DNA of 62,273 bases from Vicinamibacteraceae bacterium (GTDB taxonomy: Bacteria; Acidobacteriota; Vicinamibacteria; Marinacidobacterales; Marinacidobacteraceae), in assembly GCA_012271265.1 (NCBI GenBank), contig JAAXGQ010000005.1, positions 1 through 62,273 of the forward strand, in the 5' to 3' direction. The translations under genes were made by a program, and so were the position numbers. The notes below the pieces were generated by a model that was not told the origin of the DNA, ran no database searches, and was given only the letters and a program-made list of their open reading frames with translations. Shown here in pieces: positions 1 through 12,186 of the stretch (within the stretch, counting starts at the first letter, position 1; the number at the start of each line of letters is the position of its first letter).

Positions 1-290
1 AGGAGGCTGGCTGAGGGGCCGAGGGTGCGGCGCAGGCCGGCGAGGACGCCGGCGCTCCATGGGGCGTCGCGGTCGGCAGGAGGCTGGCTGAGGGGCCGGG
101 GGTGCGGCGCGGGCCGGCGGGGACGCCGGCGCTCCATGGGGCGTCGCGGTCGGCAAGAGACTGCGTGAGGGACTGGCGGTGCGGCGTAGGCCGGCGAGGA
201 CGCCGGCGCTCCAGTAGGGCGGCGCGGGCCGGCGGGGACGCCGGAGCTCCATGGGGGCGGCGCTCCATGGGGCCGAGGCGCGGGACTTAG
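1..290. repeat. Tandem array (77-bp period, about 3.5 units, cut by the window edge) of a REP-like palindromic element
   Basis: Units 1-77 and 78-154 are near-identical. Each contains the hairpin GCCGGCG-AGGA-CGCCGGC followed by gctccatgg. Degenerate copies continue to about 290. Confidence 0.85.
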
Positions 291-298
291 ACTGAGGT

Positions 299-1129
299 AT
301 GCCTCGGTCGCGGAGCGCATCGTCGTCCTCCGGGGGCGGACCCTGGGCGCTCATCACCGGCGGCTCGACCGGGATCGGACGGGAGCTCGCCCGTTTCGCC
401 GCGGCGGACGGCTGGAACCTGGCGCTCGTTGCGCGGAGCCGGGAGCGGCTCGCCGAGGCGGCCGCCGGGCTCGCTGCCGACCACGGCGTCGAAGCGGTCG
501 CGATCCCGATGGATCTGACCGTCCCCGGGGCGGCCGAGCAGCTGCTGGCGCGTGTCGACGAACGGGGCATCGAGGTGGAATTCCTCGTGAACAACGCCGG
601 CTTCGGACGCAGCCGCCCGTTCCACGAGGTGCCGCTCTCCACCCAGCGGAAGATGCTCGCCCTGAACATCGGGGCGCTGGCGGATCTCTGCCGACTGCTC
701 CTGCCCCGGATGCTCCAACGAGGCCGAGGCCGGGTGCTCAACGTCGGTTCCGGGGCCGGCTACGTGCCCGGGCTGGGGTTCACCGCCTACGCGGCGACCA
801 AGGCGTTCGTCCTCCATCTCAGCGAAGGGCTCGCGGCGGAGTACGCGGGGAGTGGCGTCACGGTGAGCGTGCTCTGCCCGGGTCCGGTGGACACCCCGTT
901 CTTCGGCGCGGCGGGCATGCCTCGCCCGGGAGGCATCCGCGGACTGGCTTTGGCAAACCCGAGAGCGGTGGCCCGGGCCGGCTACCGGGGCGCCCTCGCC
1001 GGACGGGTCGTCATCAACCCCGGACTGCTGTCCCGGCTGGTGCCGGTGTTCACCCGGCTCTCCCCTCGGGCGGTGGTGCGCTGGGCGGGCCGGCTGACCG
1101 GAGCGCAGCTGCGGGGACCCAAGCGATGA
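299..1129 (+). CDS. Short-chain dehydrogenase/reductase (classical SDR)
   Basis: 276-aa ORF with TGGSTGIG cofactor motif, NNAG motif and YAATK catalytic motif. Confidence 0.9.
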   Translation: MPRSRSASSSSGGGPWALITGGSTGIGRELARFAAADGWNLALVARSRERLAEAAAGLAADHGVEAVAIPMDLTVPGAAEQLLARVDERGIEVEFLVNNAGFGRSRPFHEVPLSTQRKMLALNIGALADLCRLLLPRMLQRGRGRVLNVGSGAGYVPGLGFTAYAATKAFVLHLSEGLAAEYAGSGVTVSVLCPGPVDTPFFGAAGMPRPGGIRGLALANPRAVARAGYRGALAGRVVINPGLLSRLVPVFTRLSPRAVVRWAGRLTGAQLRGPKR

Positions 1130-1617
1130 GTGAAGACTGGAAGCTGCCGGCGCACCGGCTGCTGGAGCGGATGGGAATCCCCTGGGAGCGGCGGGTCTTC
1201 CCCGCCTTGACCCCGAAGGGCGCGGCGTCCGTTGCGGCGGCCCTCGGGTTTCGGGCGAGCCAGATGGTGAAGACGCTCATCTTTCAGTCAGGGACCGGGG
1301 AGCGGGCGCTCGTCGCGGTCGGCGGAGACCGGAACGCAATCTCCGGCAGGCTGAAGAAGGCGTTCGGCAATCGGAACATCCGCCTCGCGGCGCCCGACGC
1401 CGTGTTCAAGTTCACCGGCTACCGGATCGGCTCCATTCCTCCCTTCGGATGGCAGCCGGAGGGCGCCCGCACCTTCATCGACGAGGCGCTCATGGAAGAG
1501 CCCCTGCTTGGGGTCGGCGCCGGCGTCTGGGGTGAGGAGATCCTGATCACTCCCACCAACCTCGTCCGCGCCACCGGCGGCATCGTCTTCAACCTCACCC
1601 GCCGTCCGCCCCCGTAG
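1126..1617 (+). CDS. YbaK/EbsC-type aminoacyl-tRNA editing (deacylase) domain protein
   Basis: 163-aa ORF whose ATGA overlaps the SDR stop. Sequence KTLIF...ALVAVGGDR...GYRIGSIPPFG is typical of the YbaK/ProX family. Confidence 0.75.
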   Translation: MSEDWKLPAHRLLERMGIPWERRVFPALTPKGAASVAAALGFRASQMVKTLIFQSGTGERALVAVGGDRNAISGRLKKAFGNRNIRLAAPDAVFKFTGYRIGSIPPFGWQPEGARTFIDEALMEEPLLGVGAGVWGEEILITPTNLVRATGGIVFNLTRRPPP

Positions 1618-1683
1618 CGTCGCCGGTCCTCCCCGGGTGGGGCATCGCTCGAGGCCCGCGTACGCCGATGCTAGATTTGAAAT

Positions 1684-2808
1684 GTGACCCTGACCTTGCT
1701 GCGGCGCGCGGTGCTCGCGGCGGGCGTGATCGCGATGGCCGCCTCGGCGCCAGCCGCCCAGATCCCCGAGGACGCCACGGCGGAGGACGGGTACACCGTG
1801 TGGCTGTGCCCGATGCACCGCGACCACCAGGCGCATGAAGAGGGACACTGTCCGCTCTGCGGGATGGCGCTGGTGCAACGCACCCTGGTGACCCGCTACG
1901 TGTGCCTCGGCGACGAGGACGGCGTGGTCGAGGAGGAGCCGGGCATCTGCCCGGACACCGGCGACCCGCTGGTTCCGGCGACCCGGGAGGTCGTTTGGTT
2001 CTGTCCCGATGCGCCGGACCGGTTCTTCGTGGAGCCCGGGACCTGCGCTTCCGGGGCGCCCCGCGACATGACCTCCCGCGTCTCCGAGCACGGCGACCAC
2101 AATCCGCGCCACGGTGGAATCCTGTTCATGGCGCCGGACGGCGTGCACCACCTCGAAGGCGCGCTCGAGGACGGCGCCTTCCGGCTCTACTTCTACGACT
2201 CGTTCACCCGCCCCGTCGAGCCGACTCCCTTCGCGGCGCGGGTCGTGGAGGCGGACGACCGGGGCGCGCCGATCGGCGAGCCGGTGACGCTTGCGGGGGG
2301 GGCGGACTTTCTCGAAGCCCCGTTTGCGACGGACCCCGAGGGGCGCTCGGCCTTCACCGCGTTCGTCCGCTTCCCCGAGACGCCGGAAACGGTCGGGGTC
2401 GAAGCGGAGCAGCGCTTCGACTTCATCTTCCTTTCGGAATCGGAGCGCGCGGCCCTCGCCGAGGCGGCCGGAACAGTGCGCGTGGCGGGGGGCCTGCCCG
2501 AGCTGCGCATCCCGGGAAGCGCCGAGGAGATCCTGCGCGAGATCCACGACCGGGACCGCCGGGTGCAGGCCCTGATCGAGGCGGGCCGCTGGGCCGACCT
2601 CTTCATCCCGGCGCTCGAAGCGAAGGACCTCGCCCTGGCCTACTCGGAGAAGGCCCCCGAGCCCCGGCCCTGGGCGGCCCTGAAGCAGATCGTGCGCGGC
2701 GCCTGGCTGCTCGACATGTACGGCGACCTGGGCGACCGCGTCCGGGTCGGGGAGGCGTACGTCATCTTCGCCGCCGGGATGGCGGGTCTGGCCGACGCGT
2801 CGCCGTAG
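1684..2808 (+). CDS. Secreted protein with heavy-metal-binding domain (CPMH...CPxCGM motif)
   Basis: GTG start and signal peptide MTLTLLRRAVLAAGVIAMAASAPAAQ. WLCPMHRDHQAHEEGHCPLCGMAL matches the HMBD found in CusB/CopA-type proteins, followed by two degenerate Cys-containing copies. Confidence 0.7.
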   Translation: MTLTLLRRAVLAAGVIAMAASAPAAQIPEDATAEDGYTVWLCPMHRDHQAHEEGHCPLCGMALVQRTLVTRYVCLGDEDGVVEEEPGICPDTGDPLVPATREVVWFCPDAPDRFFVEPGTCASGAPRDMTSRVSEHGDHNPRHGGILFMAPDGVHHLEGALEDGAFRLYFYDSFTRPVEPTPFAARVVEADDRGAPIGEPVTLAGGADFLEAPFATDPEGRSAFTAFVRFPETPETVGVEAEQRFDFIFLSESERAALAEAAGTVRVAGGLPELRIPGSAEEILREIHDRDRRVQALIEAGRWADLFIPALEAKDLALAYSEKAPEPRPWAALKQIVRGAWLLDMYGDLGDRVRVGEAYVIFAAGMAGLADASP

Positions 2809-2821
2809 CCCGGGGATCGCT

Positions 2822-4024
2822 GTGCCGACACCGACGAAGCGCCCCCCTCGGGCGCGGGAGTCGATCGGCTTCTTCGGCGGGGGCCTCGCGCTCGGAGCGC
2901 TGGGCTGGGTCTTCCTTTCGGCGCCGGACACCGCCTTCGAGGCAACCGCCCACGAGCCCGAACTCTCCCGCTTCACCTACTGGAAGGACATTCGCCCGCT
3001 CCTCGGCGAGCACTGCGCCGGGTGCCACGTCGGCAACAGCCCGGCGCCGGTGAACCTGATGCGCTACACGGAGGTGCTCCCGTGGGCGAACGCGATCGCC
3101 CGCCAGGTCCTGACGCGCCAGATGCCGCCGTGGCTCCCGGAGGACGGCGTGGGCGACCTGGCCCACGCGCGCACCCTTGACGAGCGGGAGACGAATCTGC
3201 TGGTGGACTGGGCGATCGGCCTCGCCCCCGAGGGCAGGCCCCCGGAGGAAGGCGCGGCCGCGCTGACAGACGCTGGGTCTGGGTCTCGGGCTGCGTTTGC
3301 GGACGACCTGCCCGCCACCCGGCTGCGCCTGGAAGCGCCGGTCGAGATCGGCGAGATGGAGTCCGAGGCCGCCCTCTGCCGGCCGCTCGTCCGGAGCGAG
3401 GGGGTCGGGACCGCCGCCTCCGGCTTCGAGCTGCTCCCCGGCGACGCCTGGCCGATCCTCCGCCGGGCCCGCGTGCTGATCGGAAACGGGTGCGAAACGG
3501 CAGTTCCGCTGTTTACGTGGGTGCCGGGGCAGGGGCGGCGCACCCGCCCTGACGGCGTCGTGGATCTGCTGCCGACGGGGTCGGGGCTCTTCCTGGAGCT
3601 GCGCTACCGCAAGAGCTTCGACACCGAGGGGCTCGGCTACGTGGACGCCCCGGAGATCGTCGTGTTCCCACCGGATCGTGCCGGCGGAGCGGTGGTCGAG
3701 ACCGTCGCCCTCGAACCCGGTGACAGCCGCCTTCCCGGCGCCGCTCTCCTCGCGGTGCTCCCGCCCGATGGTCTCGTCCTCGGCGATGAGGGGTTCGCCG
3801 TGCAGGCCGTGAGCGCGGACGGCGAGGTGGAGCCCCTCCTCCGCATCACCCGCTTCGACGAGGACTGGGCCGAGAAGTACGCCTTCCGCGCTCCCATCCG
3901 GCTCGACGCCGACATCTCGATCCGCGTCTCCCACCCCGGCGCCCTCGTCGACCTGATCCGCCCCGGCGGAGCGGCAGCCACCGGAGCCTCGTCGCCGTCC
4001 GGTCCGCGCCCCGAAGTCCCCTGA
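2822..4024 (+). CDS. Membrane-anchored or secreted protein with c-type haem-binding motif (PSCyt1-like N-terminal domain)
   Basis: 400-aa ORF with an N-terminal TM segment. WKDIRPLLGEHCAGCH contains CxxCH in a context resembling the planctomycete-type cytochrome c domain. The rest is unassigned. Confidence 0.6.
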   Translation: MPTPTKRPPRARESIGFFGGGLALGALGWVFLSAPDTAFEATAHEPELSRFTYWKDIRPLLGEHCAGCHVGNSPAPVNLMRYTEVLPWANAIARQVLTRQMPPWLPEDGVGDLAHARTLDERETNLLVDWAIGLAPEGRPPEEGAAALTDAGSGSRAAFADDLPATRLRLEAPVEIGEMESEAALCRPLVRSEGVGTAASGFELLPGDAWPILRRARVLIGNGCETAVPLFTWVPGQGRRTRPDGVVDLLPTGSGLFLELRYRKSFDTEGLGYVDAPEIVVFPPDRAGGAVVETVALEPGDSRLPGAALLAVLPPDGLVLGDEGFAVQAVSADGEVEPLLRITRFDEDWAEKYAFRAPIRLDADISIRVSHPGALVDLIRPGGAAATGASSPSGPRPEVP

Positions 4025-4076
4025 GCCGGTAGCACCCCGGGGCGACCGCCTCCGGGCAAGGGGAGCGAGCCGGCGG

Positions 4077-5200
4077 TCAGGCCGCTGGCGCGTGTTCCCG
4101 GATGTGGTCCATGAGGCTGGGGATGCCGGGCTCCCAGCGTGGATCCGCGCCGGACTGCCAGATGAACCCCAGGTGCCGCAGCGCCGGAGGGCTTCGGTTG
4201 CCTCGTCCCGGCCGGCGGTTCCGCCGTGGTGGGCGACAACGATCTGACGTAGCTCGGTAAGGGTCAGGGCGGGTCTTGCCGCGAAAGCGTCCGCGACGGC
4301 GCGCGCGACCTCGAGCTGGCCGCGCTCCTCGAGTTCGTTGAAGCGCTCCAGGTGGTACAGCTCCTTCCGCCAATCGAATTCCGGCTGCGCCGCTTCGGTG
4401 TCGTCGCGGCCTACGGACCCGCTCCCGCCCGCGACGGCCCGCTGCCAGACCAGGCTGCCCCAGAGCTGGAGGAAAAAGGGATACCCGTGGCTCTGACGAA
4501 CCATCCAGTCCAGAGTGCCTTCGGTCACGGCGATGTTGCTCTCGGTCAGGGGCCGACCGATGGCGGCGGCGCTGGACGCCGCATCGAGGCGATTGATCGG
4601 GAGCTGGTGGGCGCGAGGCCAGAAGGACGCGTCCATGCGGCTCAGACGGTTCCGCAGGTTCGGTGTCCCGGCGAGCACCAACAGGAACGGCAGTTCGCGG
4701 CCAACGACCTGACTCGCGTTCAGGAGGGCCCCTCCAACCTCCGGCGCCAGCGTATGCGCCTCATCCAGCAGAACGACAAGCGGCCTCCGACGGGCGCGCG
4801 CGGCGAGGATGTCCGTCGCCAGCGGCGCCCGCCGCCCGTGCCCGGGATGCCAGGTGATCCCCGCGACGGACACGTCTTCGGGGGTCAGGCCGGTCCACCA
4901 CGCCTCTGGCAGGAGCCGTTCCGCAAGCAGCGCGCCCGTTCCGATTTCCGAGGGCGTCAGGCGGACGGCCTCGACGTTCTCGCCGTTGGCGATTTCCTGC
5001 TGCAGCCAGACCAGCAGCGCCGTCTTTCCGTTGCCGCGCGGCCCGCAGAGAATGACTTCATTCGGCGGGGGAACGCCTCCCGCCATGGCTGCGATGCGCG
5101 TCCGGAAGAAGGCCTGTTCCCTCTCCCGATCGGCGAGGTAGGGCGGCAGTCCTCCCGTGCCGGGACGAAACGGCCCTTCTCCGACGATCGCTCCCGGCAT
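4077..5200 (-). pseudogene. P-loop (AAA/archaeal-type) ATPase, paralog of 12187..13311, disrupted by a 1-nt deletion near 4183
   Basis: Length is 1124 nt versus 1125 nt for the intact paralog. The N-terminal roughly 340 aa (GPRGNGKTALL Walker A, LLDEAH Walker B) lie in one frame. The conserved C-terminus LRHLGFIWQSG...PGIPSLM..REHAPA lies in another frame (ORF 4077..4373). Confidence 0.75.
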
Positions 5201-5282
5201 GCGGCCAGTTTAGGTTCGGCGTCGTTGCCGAGATGGCGCGGTGGCCGGTGAGACTCCGTAGCGTTCATCATAGGGAACACAA

Positions 5283-5654
5283 ATGGGTAGACTGTCCTCA
5301 ATACCAGACACCATGCCGTCCAAGCGCGACGCGACGCTGCCGCTTCCGGTCTTGCCCATGCTGCGGAAGCTGGGGGCGGATCTCCGGGACGCCCGCCGGC
5401 GCCGCCGAATCCCCACGGCGCTCATGGCCGAACGCGCCATGCTGAGCCGCACGACCCTCCACCGGATCGAACGAGGCGATCCGGGGGTCGGCGTCGGGAA
5501 CTACGCCCGCGTGCTTTTCGTGCTCGGCCTCCATCGGCGGCTCGGGGATCTGGCGGACCCGGGACAGGACGTCGTGGGGCTGGACCTCGAAGCCGAGCGG
5601 CTCCCCTCGCGCATCCACCTGCGCGACCGGCGGTTCGACGCGGAGGAGTCCTGA
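5283..5654 (+). CDS. hipB: XRE-family HTH antitoxin/regulator (HipB-like)
   Basis: HTH segment LRDARRRRRIPTALMAERAMLSRTTLHRIERGDP. The stop overlaps the hipA start. The true start could be the ATG at 5313. Confidence 0.75.
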   Translation: MGRLSSIPDTMPSKRDATLPLPVLPMLRKLGADLRDARRRRRIPTALMAERAMLSRTTLHRIERGDPGVGVGNYARVLFVLGLHRRLGDLADPGQDVVGLDLEAERLPSRIHLRDRRFDAEES

Positions 5655-6922
5655 TGGACCGCCGGGTGTTCGTCCATTGCGACGGAAGCGGGTTTCCGGG
5701 CCCGGTGGGACGGCTCTGGCTCCGCGTCCGGGGACATCGCGCGAGTGCGTCGTTCCTGTACGACCGCCGCTGGCTGCGACACCCGGGCCGTTTCGCGCTC
5801 GATCCGGCGCTACAGCCAGGCGTCGGCGCCTACCACACCGACCCCGGACGACCGTTGTTCGGGGCGTTCGACGACGCCGCCCCCGATCGCTGGGGGCGCA
5901 TGCTCCTGCGCCGCGCCGAACGCCGGAGCGCCCAGCGTGAGGGTCGGGTCCCCCGCGTCCTCACGGAAGGCGACTTCCTGCTCGGCGTGGACGACGAGGC
6001 GCGCCAGGGGGCGTTGCGGTTTCACGAAGCCCCGGAGGGGCCGTTCCTGGCCCCGCCGGCGCCCAACCGGGTTCCACCGCTGGTCGCGTTGCCGCGCCTG
6101 CTCGGCGCCGCCGAACGCGTGGTCGCCGCATCCGAAAGCGAGGAGGACCTGCGGCTGCTCCTCGCCCCCGGGGCGTCTCTCGGCGGCGCCCGGCCCAAGG
6201 CCTCGGTGCGCGACCGCGATGGGCGCCTCGCCCTGGCGAAGTTCCCGAAGGCCGACGATGCATGGGATGTCCCGCGTTGGGAGGCCGTTGGTCTCTCGCT
6301 CGCTCGCCGCGCCGGAATCCGAACGGCCGAGGCGCGCATCGCGCCGGTCGCGGGGAAGGGAGTCCTGGTCGTCCGTCGATTCGACCGGGCGGGTGACAGG
6401 CGCATTCCCTTCCTGTCCTCGATGACGTTGCTCGGCGCGTCCGACCGCGAGCCGCGCGCGTATCCCGAGATCGCGGAAGCCATCCGTCGCTACGGCGCGG
6501 CTCCGACGGACGATCTGGAGGAACTGTGGCGGCGCATCGTTTTCACCGTGCTGATCTCGAACCACGACGACCACCTTCGCAACCACGGATTCGTGCGCCT
6601 CGGCGACGGCGGCTGGCGTCTTTCTCCGGCGTACGACCTGAACCCCACCCCGGCGGAGTTCGGCGGCCGGACCCTGACCACCGCCATCGTCGAGGGCGAC
6701 CCCGGCGCCACTTGTGACCTCGCGTTCGAGACGGCTCCCTACTACGGAGTCTCACCATCGCGCGCCCGAGAGATCGCGGGGAAGGCCGCGGCGGCCGTGA
6801 GCCGCTGGCGCGACGAAGCGCGGCGCGTCGGCATCGGGCGTCCGGAGCAGGGACTCATGGCGTCCGCCTTCGAGCACCCGGAGCGCCAACGCCTCGCCCG
6901 GCTCCCGCGCTCGTCGAGGTGA
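5654..6922 (+). CDS. hipA: HipA-family serine/threonine kinase toxin (type II TA)
   Basis: 422 aa with the HipA N-terminal coupling region, SLGGARPKAS P-loop-like motif and LISNHDDHLRNHGF catalytic motif. Confidence 0.9.
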   Translation: MDRRVFVHCDGSGFPGPVGRLWLRVRGHRASASFLYDRRWLRHPGRFALDPALQPGVGAYHTDPGRPLFGAFDDAAPDRWGRMLLRRAERRSAQREGRVPRVLTEGDFLLGVDDEARQGALRFHEAPEGPFLAPPAPNRVPPLVALPRLLGAAERVVAASESEEDLRLLLAPGASLGGARPKASVRDRDGRLALAKFPKADDAWDVPRWEAVGLSLARRAGIRTAEARIAPVAGKGVLVVRRFDRAGDRRIPFLSSMTLLGASDREPRAYPEIAEAIRRYGAAPTDDLEELWRRIVFTVLISNHDDHLRNHGFVRLGDGGWRLSPAYDLNPTPAEFGGRTLTTAIVEGDPGATCDLAFETAPYYGVSPSRAREIAGKAAAAVSRWRDEARRVGIGRPEQGLMASAFEHPERQRLARLPRSSR

Positions 6923-6937
6923 ACCTCTTCCCGACGA

Positions 6938-6973
6938 TGCGGCGCAGGCCGGCGAGGACGCCGGTGCTCCATG
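6938..6973. repeat. Solo REP-like palindromic element
   Basis: tgcggcgcaggccggcgaggacgccggtgctccatgg lies just downstream of hipA and belongs to the same family as 1-290 and 11050-11642. Confidence 0.8.
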
Positions 6974-7071
6974 GCCGCGTTCGGCGTTTGGCCGGCAGCC
7001 CCTCGCTCACTCTTGAGCGACAGATTTCGTCGTGGGGTTCGGGTATCGTGAATCCCTTGGACCTTTTCTGA

Positions 7072-10862
<3,791 letters not shown>

Positions 10863-11049
10863 GGGAAGCGACCAGCCGGTGCTGGTCGTCGTGGGTGTGA
10901 CCAGAGAGCCGGAGCAGGCCTGCCAGCAGCCGAGCGTCGCCCCGGAGGCTGGCTCGACGCTGTCCCGGGCGGCCTCAATCCGGCGCTCCCGCTCTCCATA
11001 CCGCTTCCTCAAGAGCGGACATTTTCGGTTGACATTGACAGCGTCGGCC

Positions 11050-11642
11050 CCATGGAGCGCCGGTGCCCTCACCGGCCACCGGCGCAGGCGGGGATGGACC
11101 GTGGGCGTTGGGGTGCACGGTCGGTCGGCACGTCGGCGTGGTGGGTAGGGGCTTGCGGTGCGCGGCAGGCCGGCGAGGACGCCGGCGCTCCATGGTGCCG
11201 GCGCTCGATGGGGGTCGGCGGTCGATAGGTCGACGCGCGCAGTTCTGGAGCGCCGGCGTCCTCGCCGGCCACGTTCTGGAGCGCCGGTGTCCTCACCGGC
11301 CAGCGGCGCCGGCAGGGATGGACCGTGGGCTTTCCGGCGGACGGTCGGTCGGCACGTCGTCGCGGTTGGCAGGAGGCTGCGGGGCGGCGCAGGCCGGCGA
11401 GGACGCCGGCGCTCCATGGTGCGGCGCTCGATGGTGCGGCGGTCGAAAGGTCAGGGCGCGCAGCCCTGGAGCGCCGGAGTCCTCACCGGGCACTGCACCG
11501 GGAGCGCCGGTGTCCTCACCGGCCACCGCCGCAGGCGGGCATGGTCCGTGGGCCTCCCGCCCCACGGTCGGTCGGCATGGCGCCGCTGTCGGTAGGAGAC
11601 TGCGGTGAGGCTCAGGCCGGCGAGGACGCCGGCGCTCCATGG
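11050..11642. repeat. Three tandem copies (about 224-bp period) of a MITE-like unit bounded by about 28-bp inverted REP arms
   Basis: Left arm ccatggagcgccggtg.cctcaccggcc and right arm ggccggcgaggacgccggcgctccatgg are reverse complements. Right arms end at 11195, 11419 and 11642. The conserved core is ggatggaccgtgggc...acggtcggtcggca. Units 2 and 3 carry an extra left arm. Confidence 0.85.
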
Positions 11643-11683
11643 GGCCGGCGTCCTCGCCGTCCTGCCCTTCTCCCGCCTTCAGG

Positions 11684-11767
11684 CTCATTTCCCCAGCTCC
11701 GAGTCTCATTTACCCAGCTCCGAGTCTCATTTACCCAGCTCTGGGTCTTATTTCCCCAGCTCCGGCA
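11684..11767 (+). repeat. Array A of 21-bp direct repeats (4 copies), iteron-like
   Basis: ctcatttccccagctccgagt / ctcatttacccagctccgagt / ctcatttacccagctctgggt / cttatttccccagctccggca. Locally AT-rich in a GC-rich genome. Confidence 0.9.
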
Positions 11768-11997
11768 GGTCCAGCCCCGGATCCGGGCCAGATTGCGGCG
11801 CCGTGTCCCAGCCGTCATCGAGGGGATCTTCCGTCTCGAACCCGCGCCGAAACCGGGGAGGAAAACCGGTCGAAACCGGCGCCCGGCGGTCGAATCGCCG
11901 GTCTTCTCGCACGCAGCGGGCGAAATGCGGGGGCGGCGTGGAACATTCCTTCATCGAGCGCCGGCGTCCTCGCCGGCCTGCCCTTCTCCCCGTTTTC

Positions 11998-12102
11998 GCG
12001 CTTATTTCCCCGGCTCCGGCGCTATTTCCCCAGCTCCAGGCGTTATTTGTCCAGCTCCGCCGTTATTTACCCAGCTCCGGGCGCTATTTCCCCAGCTCCC
12101 GA
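11998..12102 (+). repeat. Array B of 21-bp direct repeats (5 copies), same family as array A, about 85 bp upstream of the ATPase gene
   Basis: The core (c/t)tATTT(c/a)CCCAGCTCCg repeats every 21 nt. It is preceded by the same leader (ccggcgtcctcgccg.cctgcccttctccc) as array A. Confidence 0.9.
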
Positions 12103-12186
12103 TTCTGACGCGGAGCCGGCGCCGCCCATGGAATAGCGGGCCGCGGTGGCCGGCAGCGGGGCGGTTGCGAGCCCTACACTTGCGTC

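Noticed and set aside
1-290. Possible CRISPR array, suggested by regularly spaced 28-bp palindromic repeats here and at 11050-11642.
   Set aside because: The spacers between repeats are conserved between units, so these are true tandem repeats. No cas genes are present and repeat orientation alternates at 11050-11642.
1288-2976. 562-aa minus-strand ORF. Similar long antisense ORFs occur elsewhere: 7007..8842-, 7165..10449+, 13390..15267+, 21280..23148-, 25674..27674-, 41294..43738+, 41961..43976-, 50518..52740-, 53390..55321-, 57617..59326-, 59778..61412+.
   Set aside because: They are shadow ORFs opposite or out of frame with genes that have clear family motifs. Their translations are Arg/Gly/Pro/Ala-rich and low-complexity, which is expected when stop codons are rare at about 70% GC.
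2762-5200. 812-aa minus-strand ORF that looks like one giant gene.
   Set aside because: Only the first roughly 340 aa match the ATPase paralog. After the frameshift point near 4183 the frame runs antisense through the CxxCH gene with non-protein-like composition.
10989-11027. Hairpin ccgctct-N16-agagcgg followed by acattttcgg downstream of vapC, considered as an intrinsic terminator.
   Set aside because: The stem is only 7 bp, the loop is 16 nt and the U-tract is short and interrupted. It is plausible but not strong enough to list as a feature.
11748-11954. 68-aa minus-strand ORF between the two 21-bp arrays.
   Set aside because: It has no recognisable motif, no SD and highly charged Arg-rich composition. 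It is kept only as a remote possibility.
11605-12136. ORFs of 165-167 aa reading through the 21-bp arrays as heptad peptide repeats (SHLPSSE / LISPAPS).
   Set aside because: There is no plausible SD or start context. Composition outside the repeats is Arg/Pro/Gly-rich, and both arrays share a non-coding REP-derived leader. A repeat-protein reading cannot be fully excluded because 21 is a multiple of 3.
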